Positions 56,346 through 64,000 of a stretch of DNA of 64,000 bases are shown in pieces. A program made the position numbers and the translations under genes. Numbering within the stretch: position 1 is the first letter of the stretch; each line of letters begins with the position of its first letter. The notes under the pieces were generated by a model, which was given only the letters and a program-made list of their open reading frames with translations, had not been told where the DNA came from and made no database searches. The DNA is from a bacterium (GTDB lineage: Bacteria; Myxococcota_A; UBA9160; UBA4427): assembly GCA_031413515.1 (NCBI GenBank), contig JANOFF010000015.1, forward strand, positions 1,591-65,590, written 5' to 3'.

Positions 56346-59149
56346 CCGCACCCACGATCGATCGCGAACTCGAGGCGCTGCGCGGCGCCGACGCCGCCCG
56401 CGACCGCGAAGTCGCGGCGGTGGTCCGGGCCCATCTCGAAAAGGTGCGCGCCTACCTGACCGATCTGCATGGACGTTCGGATTCGGGGCAGGTCGTCAAC
56501 GAGGCCAACTCGGATCTGACGGATCGCCTGATCCGACGACTGTTCGCGATGGCCGAGGAGCGCGTGCTCGTCCAGGGCGGGCAGCTCGAGCCGGGCGTCT
56601 GTGTCGTGGCGGTCGGCGGCTACGCGCGGCGCGAGATGTCGATCCATTCCGACGTCGATCTGCTGATCCTGTACCGGCACAGCCTCAGCGACTATGTGCG
56701 CACGATCGCCGAACGGCTGCAGTACTGGCTCTGGGATGCGGGCCTGACGGTCGGCTGCGCGACCCGCACGATCGAGGACACCGTCGCGCTCGGCCGCGCG
56801 GACGTCACCGTGCGGACGGGGGTGCTGACGGCGCGGTTCCTGTGCGGGGATGGTGAGTTCTTCCATCAATTCGCCGACATCATCCGCGCCAGGCTGCTGC
56901 CCGATCCCGTCGAGTTCATCGCCGAGCAGCGCGCGCTGCTCGAGAAGCGGCACAGCGACTACGGCGAATCGCTGTTTCTCTTGCAGCCCAACGTGAAGGA
57001 GGGGGCGGGGACGCTTCGCGACTACCACGCCGCCTACTGGGTGGCTCGCGGCGCGCAGCCCTCGCTGCGCAATCTCGACGACTTCCTGCACTTCGGTCTG
57101 CTGACCGAACGCGAGATGGACGAGTACCGGGCCGCGCTCGACTTCATCTGGCGTACCCGCAATCAACTGCATCTGATTTCGCGGCGTGCCAACGACCAGA
57201 TGAGTTTCGAGCTGCAGGAGCAGGTTGCGGAGGGGCTCGGCTACGGGGCGATGGGCGCGATCGTGCCGGGGCAGACCGAGCAGATGAACCTGCCCGAGCC
57301 GACGCTCGCCGAGCTGCGCTTCGAGCCCGACAACCCGGACCTGCCCGTCGAGCGGTTCATGCGCGACTACTACCGCCACGCGCGCGCCATCAAGACCTAC
57401 TCGGAGCTCGTGATCGCGCAGTGCGCGGCCCGGGCGGCCGACTCGAGCGAAGCGCCGGCGCCGAGCGTCGAGGTGGAAGAGGGCTTCCGGCTCGCGAACG
57501 GAAATCTCGAGATCCCCCATGCGGCCCACCTGCGCGAGCGGCCGATCCGGCTCTTGATGGCCTTCCAGGTGGCGCAGAACCACGACGTTCCGTTGTCGCG
57601 GATGGCGCTGCGGCTGCTGCGCGAGAACCTCTACCTGATCGACGAGGCGAAGCGCAGCGATCCATCGTTCACCGCTTGTTTCATGCGCATCCTCGATGCG
57701 CGCAGCCGCGTGATGCGCAGCCTGATGACGATGAACGACATCGGGCTGCTCTCGGCGTTCATCCCCGAGTGGGAGCACATCGTCTGTCGCTGGCAGCACG
57801 TCGTGTATCACACCTATACGGTCGACGTGCACTCGATCTTCCTGGTCGAAGAGCTGCGTCGGCTGTGGCGCGGCAAGTACGCCAGGGCGATGCCCGAGCT
57901 GAGCCTGCTGATGGAGCAGGTCGACGACCGGCCCGTGCTGTTCCTCGGCTGTCTGCTGCACGACATCGGCAAGGGGTTCGGCGGCCATCACTCGCAGAAG
58001 GGCGTGGTGCGCGCGCGCAAGTCCCTCGAGCGGCTCGGCCTGTCGGAGGAGCGGGCCGACCGCGCGCTGTTCATCGTCGAGCATCATCTGCTGATGTCGC
58101 ATCTGGCGCAGAGCCGCGACCTGTCGGATCCGAAGCCGATCCTCGAACTCGCGCAGGTCTGCGGTGACCGCGTGAACCTGCGCAACCTGTACCTCGCGAC
58201 CTTCGCCGACATCCGTGCGTCGTCGAAGGATGGCTGGACGGACTGGAAGGGACAGCTGCTGCGCGAGCTGTTCGAGCGCGCGGCCGAGATGCTGGAGACC
58301 GGAGCCGACGACGCCGACAAGGCAATCGAGCTGATCGAGGCGCGCGTCGAAGTGCGGCGCGAGAGCGCGCGCGGCGAGCTGCGTCAGCTCGGCGTCGGCG
58401 AGGCGAAGATCGACGCGTTCTTCGAGGGTATGCCGCGGCGCTACTTCATGACCCACACGCCGAGGCAGATCGCCCGACACGCGCAGGTCGTGCTCCGCTA
58501 TGCGGACGATCGCAGTCTGAAGACGGCCTTTCGCGAAATGCGCGGTGGCTTCACCGAGTTCATCGTCTGCACCCACGACGCCCACGCGCTGTATTCGACC
58601 GTGGCGGGAACCCTTTCTGCCCTCGGCTTCAACATCCTCGGATCCCACGTCTACACCAGTCGCGGAGGCATCGCGCTCGAAATCTACCGGCTGACCACGC
58701 CGGCGGGGGGGGCCGAGGAGCTGCGGTTCGCCTGGAGCGAGCTCGAACGGACGTTGACCGGCGTGCTGGCCGGCGAGATCGACGTCGAAGAGATGCTCAA
58801 GCGGAGCCGACGCCGCCGGCGCGGCACGCCGAGCATCCCGTCACGCCAGCCGACGCGGGTCTTGATTTCGAACACCGAGTCCGAGTTCTACACGCTCGTC
58901 GATGTGATCGCCGACGATCGGATGGGCCTGCTGCACGATCTGACGCGCTGCATCGGTTTGCACGGGCTCGAGATCTTCGTTTCGAAGGTGGCGACGATCC
59001 GCGACCAGGTCACCGACACCTTCTATCTGAAGGACGCCGAGGGGCACAAGCTGCGAGATCCCGATGCGCTCGCGCGTCTGAAGAGTGATCTGCTCGCCGC
59101 GGCGATCGGACGGCTCGACGACGCCGGCGCGCCGGGGAATCGGACATGA
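56342..59149 (+). CDS. glnD: [Protein-PII] uridylyltransferase / uridylyl-removing enzyme
   Basis: AVGGYAR..SDVDL, PNVKEGAGTLRD, YHTYTVDVH, LLHDIGKG (HD), two ACT domains (DRMGLL, DTFY). Confidence 0.94.
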   Translation: MTAPTIDRELEALRGADAARDREVAAVVRAHLEKVRAYLTDLHGRSDSGQVVNEANSDLTDRLIRRLFAMAEERVLVQGGQLEPGVCVVAVGGYARREMSIHSDVDLLILYRHSLSDYVRTIAERLQYWLWDAGLTVGCATRTIEDTVALGRADVTVRTGVLTARFLCGDGEFFHQFADIIRARLLPDPVEFIAEQRALLEKRHSDYGESLFLLQPNVKEGAGTLRDYHAAYWVARGAQPSLRNLDDFLHFGLLTEREMDEYRAALDFIWRTRNQLHLISRRANDQMSFELQEQVAEGLGYGAMGAIVPGQTEQMNLPEPTLAELRFEPDNPDLPVERFMRDYYRHARAIKTYSELVIAQCAARAADSSEAPAPSVEVEEGFRLANGNLEIPHAAHLRERPIRLLMAFQVAQNHDVPLSRMALRLLRENLYLIDEAKRSDPSFTACFMRILDARSRVMRSLMTMNDIGLLSAFIPEWEHIVCRWQHVVYHTYTVDVHSIFLVEELRRLWRGKYARAMPELSLLMEQVDDRPVLFLGCLLHDIGKGFGGHHSQKGVVRARKSLERLGLSEERADRALFIVEHHLLMSHLAQSRDLSDPKPILELAQVCGDRVNLRNLYLATFADIRASSKDGWTDWKGQLLRELFERAAEMLETGADDADKAIELIEARVEVRRESARGELRQLGVGEAKIDAFFEGMPRRYFMTHTPRQIARHAQVVLRYADDRSLKTAFREMRGGFTEFIVCTHDAHALYSTVAGTLSALGFNILGSHVYTSRGGIALEIYRLTTPAGGAEELRFAWSELERTLTGVLAGEIDVEEMLKRSRRRRRGTPSIPSRQPTRVLISNTESEFYTLVDVIADDRMGLLHDLTRCIGLHGLEIFVSKVATIRDQVTDTFYLKDAEGHKLRDPDALARLKSDLLAAAIGRLDDAGAPGNRT

Positions 59150-60114
59150 CGCCCGCGACGCCCCGGCGCCCGAGTCCTGCCTCGGCACCGCCGGCCGACG
59201 GCCTCGATGCGCTGCGCGACGACTTCCTCCGGCACATCCGGATCGATCGCGGGCTCGCGGCGAACACGCTCCGCGCCTACGCGTCGGATCTCGGCCGATT
59301 TGTGGCCCACGCTGGTGCGGCGGGGATCAGCGATCCGTCCGGACTGACCCGCGAGCACGTGGCGTCCTTCACGCATCGGCTCGAGGCCGAGGGGCTCGGC
59401 GCGAGGAGCCGCGCGCGCGCGCTGTCCTCGCTGCGCCGCATGCTCGCCTATGCGCAGACCCTCGACCTGTTGTCGCAGGATCCCATGGAGGGGATCCGCG
59501 GGCCGCGGGTGCGTCCGGCCCTGCCGCGCGTGCTGCGGCCGGACGAGAGCATCGCGCTGATCGACGCCGTCGATCCGACGAGTGCGCTCGGATTGCGCGA
59601 CCGCGCGATGCTCGAGTTGCTGTACGGCGCGGGGCTGCGCGTCAGCGAACTCGTCGGCCTGCCGGTTTCGGGCGTGGATCGTCGGGGCGGGCTCGTGCGC
59701 GTGCTCGGCAAGGGCTCGAAGGAGCGGCTGATCCCGATCGGCCAGGCGGCCCTCGACAGCATCGAGGCCTATCTCGCCGACGGTCGCGCGGCGATCCTCG
59801 GGAAGAGGCCCGATCGCAGCGGCGCACTCTTCCTGACCCGACGCGGCGGCGCGATGACTCGGCAGAACTTCTTCACGCTGCTCAAGGCGCTCGCGCGGCG
59901 GGCCGGGTTGCCGCAGGAGAAGGTCTCGCCCCACGTGCTGCGCCATGCCTTCGCGACGGATCTGCTCGAGGGTGGCGCCGACCTGCGCGCCATCCAGTCG
60001 ATGCTCGGCCACGCCGATCTCTCGACCACCGAGGTCTACACGCACGTGAGTCAGAAGAAGCTTCGCGACACCGTCGAGCGGCGCCATCCCCGCGGCTCCG
60101 GGCGCGCGACCTGA
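59146..60114 (+). CDS. xerD: Site-specific tyrosine recombinase XerD
   Basis: GLAANTLRAY, RDRAMLELLYGAGLRVSEL, GKGSKER, SPHVLRHAFAT, LGHADLSTTEVYTHV, HPR. Confidence 0.9.
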   Translation: MTPATPRRPSPASAPPADGLDALRDDFLRHIRIDRGLAANTLRAYASDLGRFVAHAGAAGISDPSGLTREHVASFTHRLEAEGLGARSRARALSSLRRMLAYAQTLDLLSQDPMEGIRGPRVRPALPRVLRPDESIALIDAVDPTSALGLRDRAMLELLYGAGLRVSELVGLPVSGVDRRGGLVRVLGKGSKERLIPIGQAALDSIEAYLADGRAAILGKRPDRSGALFLTRRGGAMTRQNFFTLLKALARRAGLPQEKVSPHVLRHAFATDLLEGGADLRAIQSMLGHADLSTTEVYTHVSQKKLRDTVERRHPRGSGRAT

Positions 60115-60116
60115 GG

Positions 60117-61583
60117 ATGCCGACGCGATCGTTCACTCGCGACGAGGTGCTGCGCAGCCTGCCGCCGGCATCGCTCGGGCTGGTCGAGAGCGTGCTCGCG
60201 GTCGCTGCCGAGATTGGGGCGCGTATCCTGCTCGTCGGAGGGCCCGTGCGCGACCTGCTGCTCGAGAGGCCGGTGCGCGACGTCGATCTGCTGGTCGACG
60301 CAGGCACAGGCCGATCCGGCGAAGTCGCCCTCGAACTGGCGCGCCGCGCCGCGCCCGATGACGCCCGTGTGGTCGGGCACGGCCGCTTCGGCACCGTGCG
60401 GATCGAGACGGCCGAGGGCGCGATCGATCTGGCCGGGCTGCGCAGCGAAACCTACGCGCGACCGGGCGCCTTGCCGGATGTCGCCCCGGGTTCGTTCGAA
60501 CAGGACATGGCGCGCCGCGACTTCACGGTGAACGCGCTCGCGATCAGCCTCGAGCCCGGCCCCGTCGACGCGCGGCTGCCGGTGATCGATCTCGTCGGCG
60601 GGCTGGCCGACTTGAAGGCAAAGCGCCTGCGCGTGCTGCATGGCCGCAGCTTCCACGATGACCCGACGCGCGCGCTGCGTGCCGCGCGCCTGGCGCCGAG
60701 GCTCGGATTCTCGCTGGCCCGCGAGACGCGCGCCGGCCTGCGAGATGCGCTGCGTGACGGTGCATTCGGCGCGGTCAGCGGCGACCGCCTGCGCCGTGAG
60801 ATCGAGCGCTGCTTCACCGACGCCACGCTCGGCCTCGATCCGCCGGCGGCGCTGAAGCGCTTGTCCGACTGGCATGTGCTGACCGCGCTCGAGCCCGGAC
60901 TCGAGCTGTCGAGTGGATCAGTGACCGCGCTGCGCCGCTTCGGCCGCATCACCGCCGAGCCCCCCTGGCGGACGACGCGCTATCGCGAGTGGATCGCGGG
61001 CCTCGCGATCTGGCTCGCGCCCTTCGCCCCGGCCCTGCGACGCCGCGCCGTGGCGCGGCTGGCGGTTCGCGGCGATGCGGCGACACGCATCCGCGATTTT
61101 CCGAAGCTCGCCGAGACGACGCTGCGGCAGCTCGCGAAGGCACGTGGCCGGGGCGCCGTCGACGTGCTGCTCGCCGGGATGGCCGAGGAGGAACTGCACG
61201 CCCTGCACGCGATCGCCGAGACCCCGCTGCGCCGACGCATCGAGCGCTGGGCCGCCGAGGACCGCACGCGTCGCGTCCCGCTCAGCGGCGCCGAGTTGGT
61301 TGCGCTCGGCCTCGAGGGCCCGGCCATCGGCCGCGTGCTGGCGCGACTGCGCGCCGCAGTGCTCGACGGCGAGGTGGCCAACCGCGAAGAAGCCATGGCG
61401 CTCGCCGAAGAACTGGCGCGCCGCAGCGCGCGACGGCAGCCGGCGAAGCGAAGAAAGGGTGCGAAGTCGCGCGGGCTGAAGCTGAAGGCAAAGGCCGCTG
61501 CGAAGAAGCGGGAGGTCGAGCCGGCTCCGGGGGCGTTGGCCGAGGGCGACGGCGCGGCTGGAGGCGAGACGGCCGGGCAGTGA
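60117..61583 (+). CDS. tRNA nucleotidyltransferase (CCA/A-adding type) with basic C-terminal tail
   Basis: VGGPVRDLL, DVD, RFGT, RSETYARPGALPDV, DMARRDFTVNA, SFHDDPTRALRAAR. Confidence 0.85.
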   Translation: MPTRSFTRDEVLRSLPPASLGLVESVLAVAAEIGARILLVGGPVRDLLLERPVRDVDLLVDAGTGRSGEVALELARRAAPDDARVVGHGRFGTVRIETAEGAIDLAGLRSETYARPGALPDVAPGSFEQDMARRDFTVNALAISLEPGPVDARLPVIDLVGGLADLKAKRLRVLHGRSFHDDPTRALRAARLAPRLGFSLARETRAGLRDALRDGAFGAVSGDRLRREIERCFTDATLGLDPPAALKRLSDWHVLTALEPGLELSSGSVTALRRFGRITAEPPWRTTRYREWIAGLAIWLAPFAPALRRRAVARLAVRGDAATRIRDFPKLAETTLRQLAKARGRGAVDVLLAGMAEEELHALHAIAETPLRRRIERWAAEDRTRRVPLSGAELVALGLEGPAIGRVLARLRAAVLDGEVANREEAMALAEELARRSARRQPAKRRKGAKSRGLKLKAKAAAKKREVEPAPGALAEGDGAAGGETAGQ

Positions 61584-61681
61584 CGGGCGCGTGCACTCGA
61601 GCGCTCGGTGATCGGTCGGACCGATCGGGTCGCGCGATGCGCGCGGGCCCACCGCGGAGGTCGAGCGGACCCCCTCTCTCA

Positions 61682-61710
61682 TTGCCCCTTCTTCCCTGAT
61701 CGCTCATACT
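61682..61710 (+). promoter_or_regulatory. Putative sigma70 promoter of scpA-scpB-rluB
   Basis: TTGCCC-N17-CATACT about 70 nt upstream of scpA. Confidence 0.55.
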
Positions 61711-61782
61711 CGGCGCTCGACGAGTCCGGCAGAGGTCGGTTCGTCCCCCGGCAACGAGTTTCCCCCCAGGCGTCGTGGATCC

Positions 61783-62662
61783 ATGAGCTTCATCGATGCC
61801 CAGAATCCGGCAGACCCCGACTTCTTCGATTCGGGGTCCACGCGGGCCGACGTCGGAAGCGACGACGGCTACGCGGTCAAGTTGCCCGCTTTCGAGGGGC
61901 CGCTCGATCTGCTGCTCCACCTGATCCGCCAGAACGAGGTGGACATCGCCGATATCCCGATCGCGCTGATCGGTCGGCAGTACCTGCACTACATCGAGCT
62001 GATGCAGGAACTCAACATCGACGTCGCGGGCGAGTACCTCGTGATGGCGGCGACGCTGGCGCTGATCAAGTCGCGCATGTTGCTTCCGCCGGAGCCGAAC
62101 GACGACGACGTTGACGAGTTCGATCCGCGCACCGATCTGATCGCCCGGCTGCTCGAGTACCAGCGCTTCAAGGAAGCCGCCGAAGCGCTCTCGCGCAGGC
62201 GCCTGCTCGGCCGCGACATCTTCGAGGCGCAGGGCAGTCCGCCCGAGGCGACCTCGGACAGCGACCTCGGACAACGACCGCGAGATCGAGGTCGGGCTGT
62301 TCGAGCTGATCGAGGCGTTCCGTCAGGTCCTCGACGAAGCGCGCGAACAGATGCGCATGCACACGGTCGAGACCGAGAGCGTCACGGTGCGCGACCGGAT
62401 GATCTACGTGATGGATCTGTTCGAGCACGTCGAGCAGGTGGAGTTCAGCGAGATCTTCCAGATCGGGCATCTCGGCGTGCCGAGCCGATCGATGCTGGTG
62501 GCGACGTTCCTCGCCATGCTCGAACTCGCGCGCCTCGGCGCCCTGCACATCTTCCAGGGGCTCGGCGACGTAGGTGCGCCCGAGGGCCCGATCCGGCTGC
62601 GAGTCGAGCGCGCGACCCCGGACGGGCCGAGCTGGCACGAGCGCATCACTGAAAGCATGTGA
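61783..62662 (+). pseudogene. scpA: Segregation/condensation protein A (kleisin), frameshifted by a 13-bp tandem duplication
   Basis: FEGPLDLLLHLI, EYLVMAATL..IKSRMLLP, LLEYQRFK in the first frame; VTVRDRM and VATFLAMLEL (C-terminal winged helix) in another frame; GCGACCTCGGACA duplicated at 62248-62273. Confidence 0.88.
62248..62273 (+). repeat. Exact 13-bp tandem duplication inside scpA
   Basis: GCGACCTCGGACA at 62248-62260 and 62261-62273. Confidence 0.9.
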
Positions 62663-62747
62663 CGACGCGGGTCGAGCCGACCCGATCGATCCGACTCACG
62701 CGACTGACGCAATCCAGAAGCGATCGGCGCGAATCGAAAGGCACGCG

Positions 62748-63581
62748 ATGGAACCGAGCGAGCAGCGCAGAATCGTCGAGGCTCTGATCCTCGCCTCCCC
62801 CGAGCCGATCCCGCTCGCGCGGCTCGCGCAGATCGTGCCCGAACTCGAGATCGGTGCCGCCAAGGATCTGATCCACGCGCTGAACAGCGAGTACGCCGAG
62901 CAGGATCGCTCGTTCGAGATCTGGGAGGTGGCCGGCGGCTACCAGATCCGCACCCGCGCCGAGTTCTCGGGCTATCTGCAGCAGCTCCGGCGCGAGCGAC
63001 CGCTGCGACTCTCGCAGGCGTCCCTCGAGACGCTGGCCATCATCGCCTACAAGCAGCCCGTCACCCGCGCCGAGGTCGACGACGTGCGCGGCGTCGATTC
63101 GGGGGCGGTGGTCAAGACGCTGCTCGACCGGCGGCTCGTGCGCATCAGCGGGCATCGCGAAGTGCCGGGGCGACCGCTCCTGTACGGCACCAGCAAGCGC
63201 TTCCTCGAGATCTTCGGCCTCGAGTCGATCCGCCAGCTGCCGACTCTTCGCGAGCTCGAAGAGCTGGCGCGCGAGCAGGGCATCGTGCTGCCCGGCCGCG
63301 TCGACGAGTCGGGAGAGGGATCGGCGCTCGAGGGCGCGGCGGACGCCGTCGGCGAATCCGCTTCGGTCGAGGCCGGCGCGGGAGTGAGTGGGGATCCGGA
63401 TGTTTCGTCCGCGGATGCGAGCGACGCCGTCGCGGGCACCGAAGAAGAGTTCATCGTGCGGGTCTACGCCGAGGACGATCGCGACGACAGCGACGACAGC
63501 GATACAGCAGAAGAATCGGACGAACCGCTCGATCCCGACGACGACTGGGACGAGTCGGAAGACGACGAAGTGGAGCGTTGA
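62748..63581 (+). CDS. scpB: Segregation/condensation protein B with long acidic tail
   Basis: VEALILAS, VAGGYQ, LSQASLETLAIIAYKQPVTRAEV, RGV, GRPLLYGT, FGL..LP. Confidence 0.94.
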   Translation: MEPSEQRRIVEALILASPEPIPLARLAQIVPELEIGAAKDLIHALNSEYAEQDRSFEIWEVAGGYQIRTRAEFSGYLQQLRRERPLRLSQASLETLAIIAYKQPVTRAEVDDVRGVDSGAVVKTLLDRRLVRISGHREVPGRPLLYGTSKRFLEIFGLESIRQLPTLRELEELAREQGIVLPGRVDESGEGSALEGAADAVGESASVEAGAGVSGDPDVSSADASDAVAGTEEEFIVRVYAEDDRDDSDDSDTAEESDEPLDPDDDWDESEDDEVER

Positions 63582-63587
63582 TTCGCG

Positions 63588-64000
63588 ATGGCCCACGGAC
63601 GCTCCCCGAAACACGCCCCGAAGCGCCGACCCCGCACGCCCGACGAGACCGGGACGAGCAGTGGTCCGGTGCGGGTCCAGAAGATCCTCGCCACGGCGGG
63701 CTTCGCGTCGCGCCGCGGCTGCGAGACGCTGATCCGGGACGGTCGCGTCACGGTGAATGGCAAGCCGATCGAGATCGGCGCCTCGGCGGATCCGGCGGTC
63801 GACGTGGTGGCGCTCGACGGCGAGCGGATCCGCGTGGAGGCGCCGTCCTACTGGATCCTCCACAAGCCGGCGGGTGTGGTGACGACGCTGCGCGATCCGC
63901 ACGGGCGTCAGTCGGTGCGCGATCTGATCCCACCGGGAGTCGGGCGTCTGCATCCGGTCGGCCGCCTCGATCGCGACAGTTCGGGCTTGCTGCTGCTCAC
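63588..64000 (+). CDS. rluB: rRNA pseudouridine synthase (RluB family), truncated by window end
   Basis: Translated by hand: RVQKILATAGFASRR..E..I..GRVTVNG (S4 domain), HKPAGVVTT, PVGRLDRDSSGLLLL; follows scpAB. Confidence 0.88.
   Translation, partial: MAHGRSPKHAPKRRPRTPDETGTSSGPVRVQKILATAGFASRRGCETLIRDGRVTVNGKPIEIGASADPAVDVVALDGERIRVEAPSYWILHKPAGVVTTLRDPHGRQSVRDLIPPGVGRLHPVGRLDRDSSGLLLL

Noticed and set aside
59146-60114. Tyrosine recombinase as a prophage or island integrase
   Set aside because: Sequence and context (glnD upstream, nucleotidyltransferase and scpAB downstream) fit housekeeping XerD; no att sites or phage genes are seen.

Overview
High-GC bacterial chromosome segment. Gene content and order (GldA/F/G-type ABC locus, exosortase, mutS-amiC-glnD-xerD-nucleotidyltransferase-scpAB-rluB) suggest a Myxococcota/deltaproteobacterial lineage; this is inference. 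The right ~30 kb is housekeeping: lptD, trpEGDCFBA, coaE, a diguanylate cyclase, pheA-hisC-tyrA-rpsA-ihfB-lapA, mutS, amiC, glnD, xerD, a tRNA nucleotidyltransferase, scpA/scpB and rluB. The left ~34 kb is mixed metabolic, envelope and accessory DNA. The most notable feature is a translationally coupled three-gene operon (~13.1-15.9 kb). Its products resemble DUF3348 (ZorF), the cytoplasmic tail of DUF802/ZorA and DUF2894 (ZorG) of Zorya type III. It lacks both the ZorA transmembrane domain and the ZorB (MotB/OmpA) gene, making it a candidate 'motor-less' soluble Zorya-III derivative, preceded by an AT-rich region and four 13-bp direct repeats. Other observations: scpA is frameshifted by an exact 13-bp tandem duplication; a secreted dockerin-like plus cohesin-like protein is cut by the window start and absent from the ORF track; aroA and cmk are missing from the tyrA-rpsA junction; several genes look leaderless. 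No tRNA, rRNA, CRISPR array or transposase was recognised. All family assignments are by eye from recalled motifs, not database searches.
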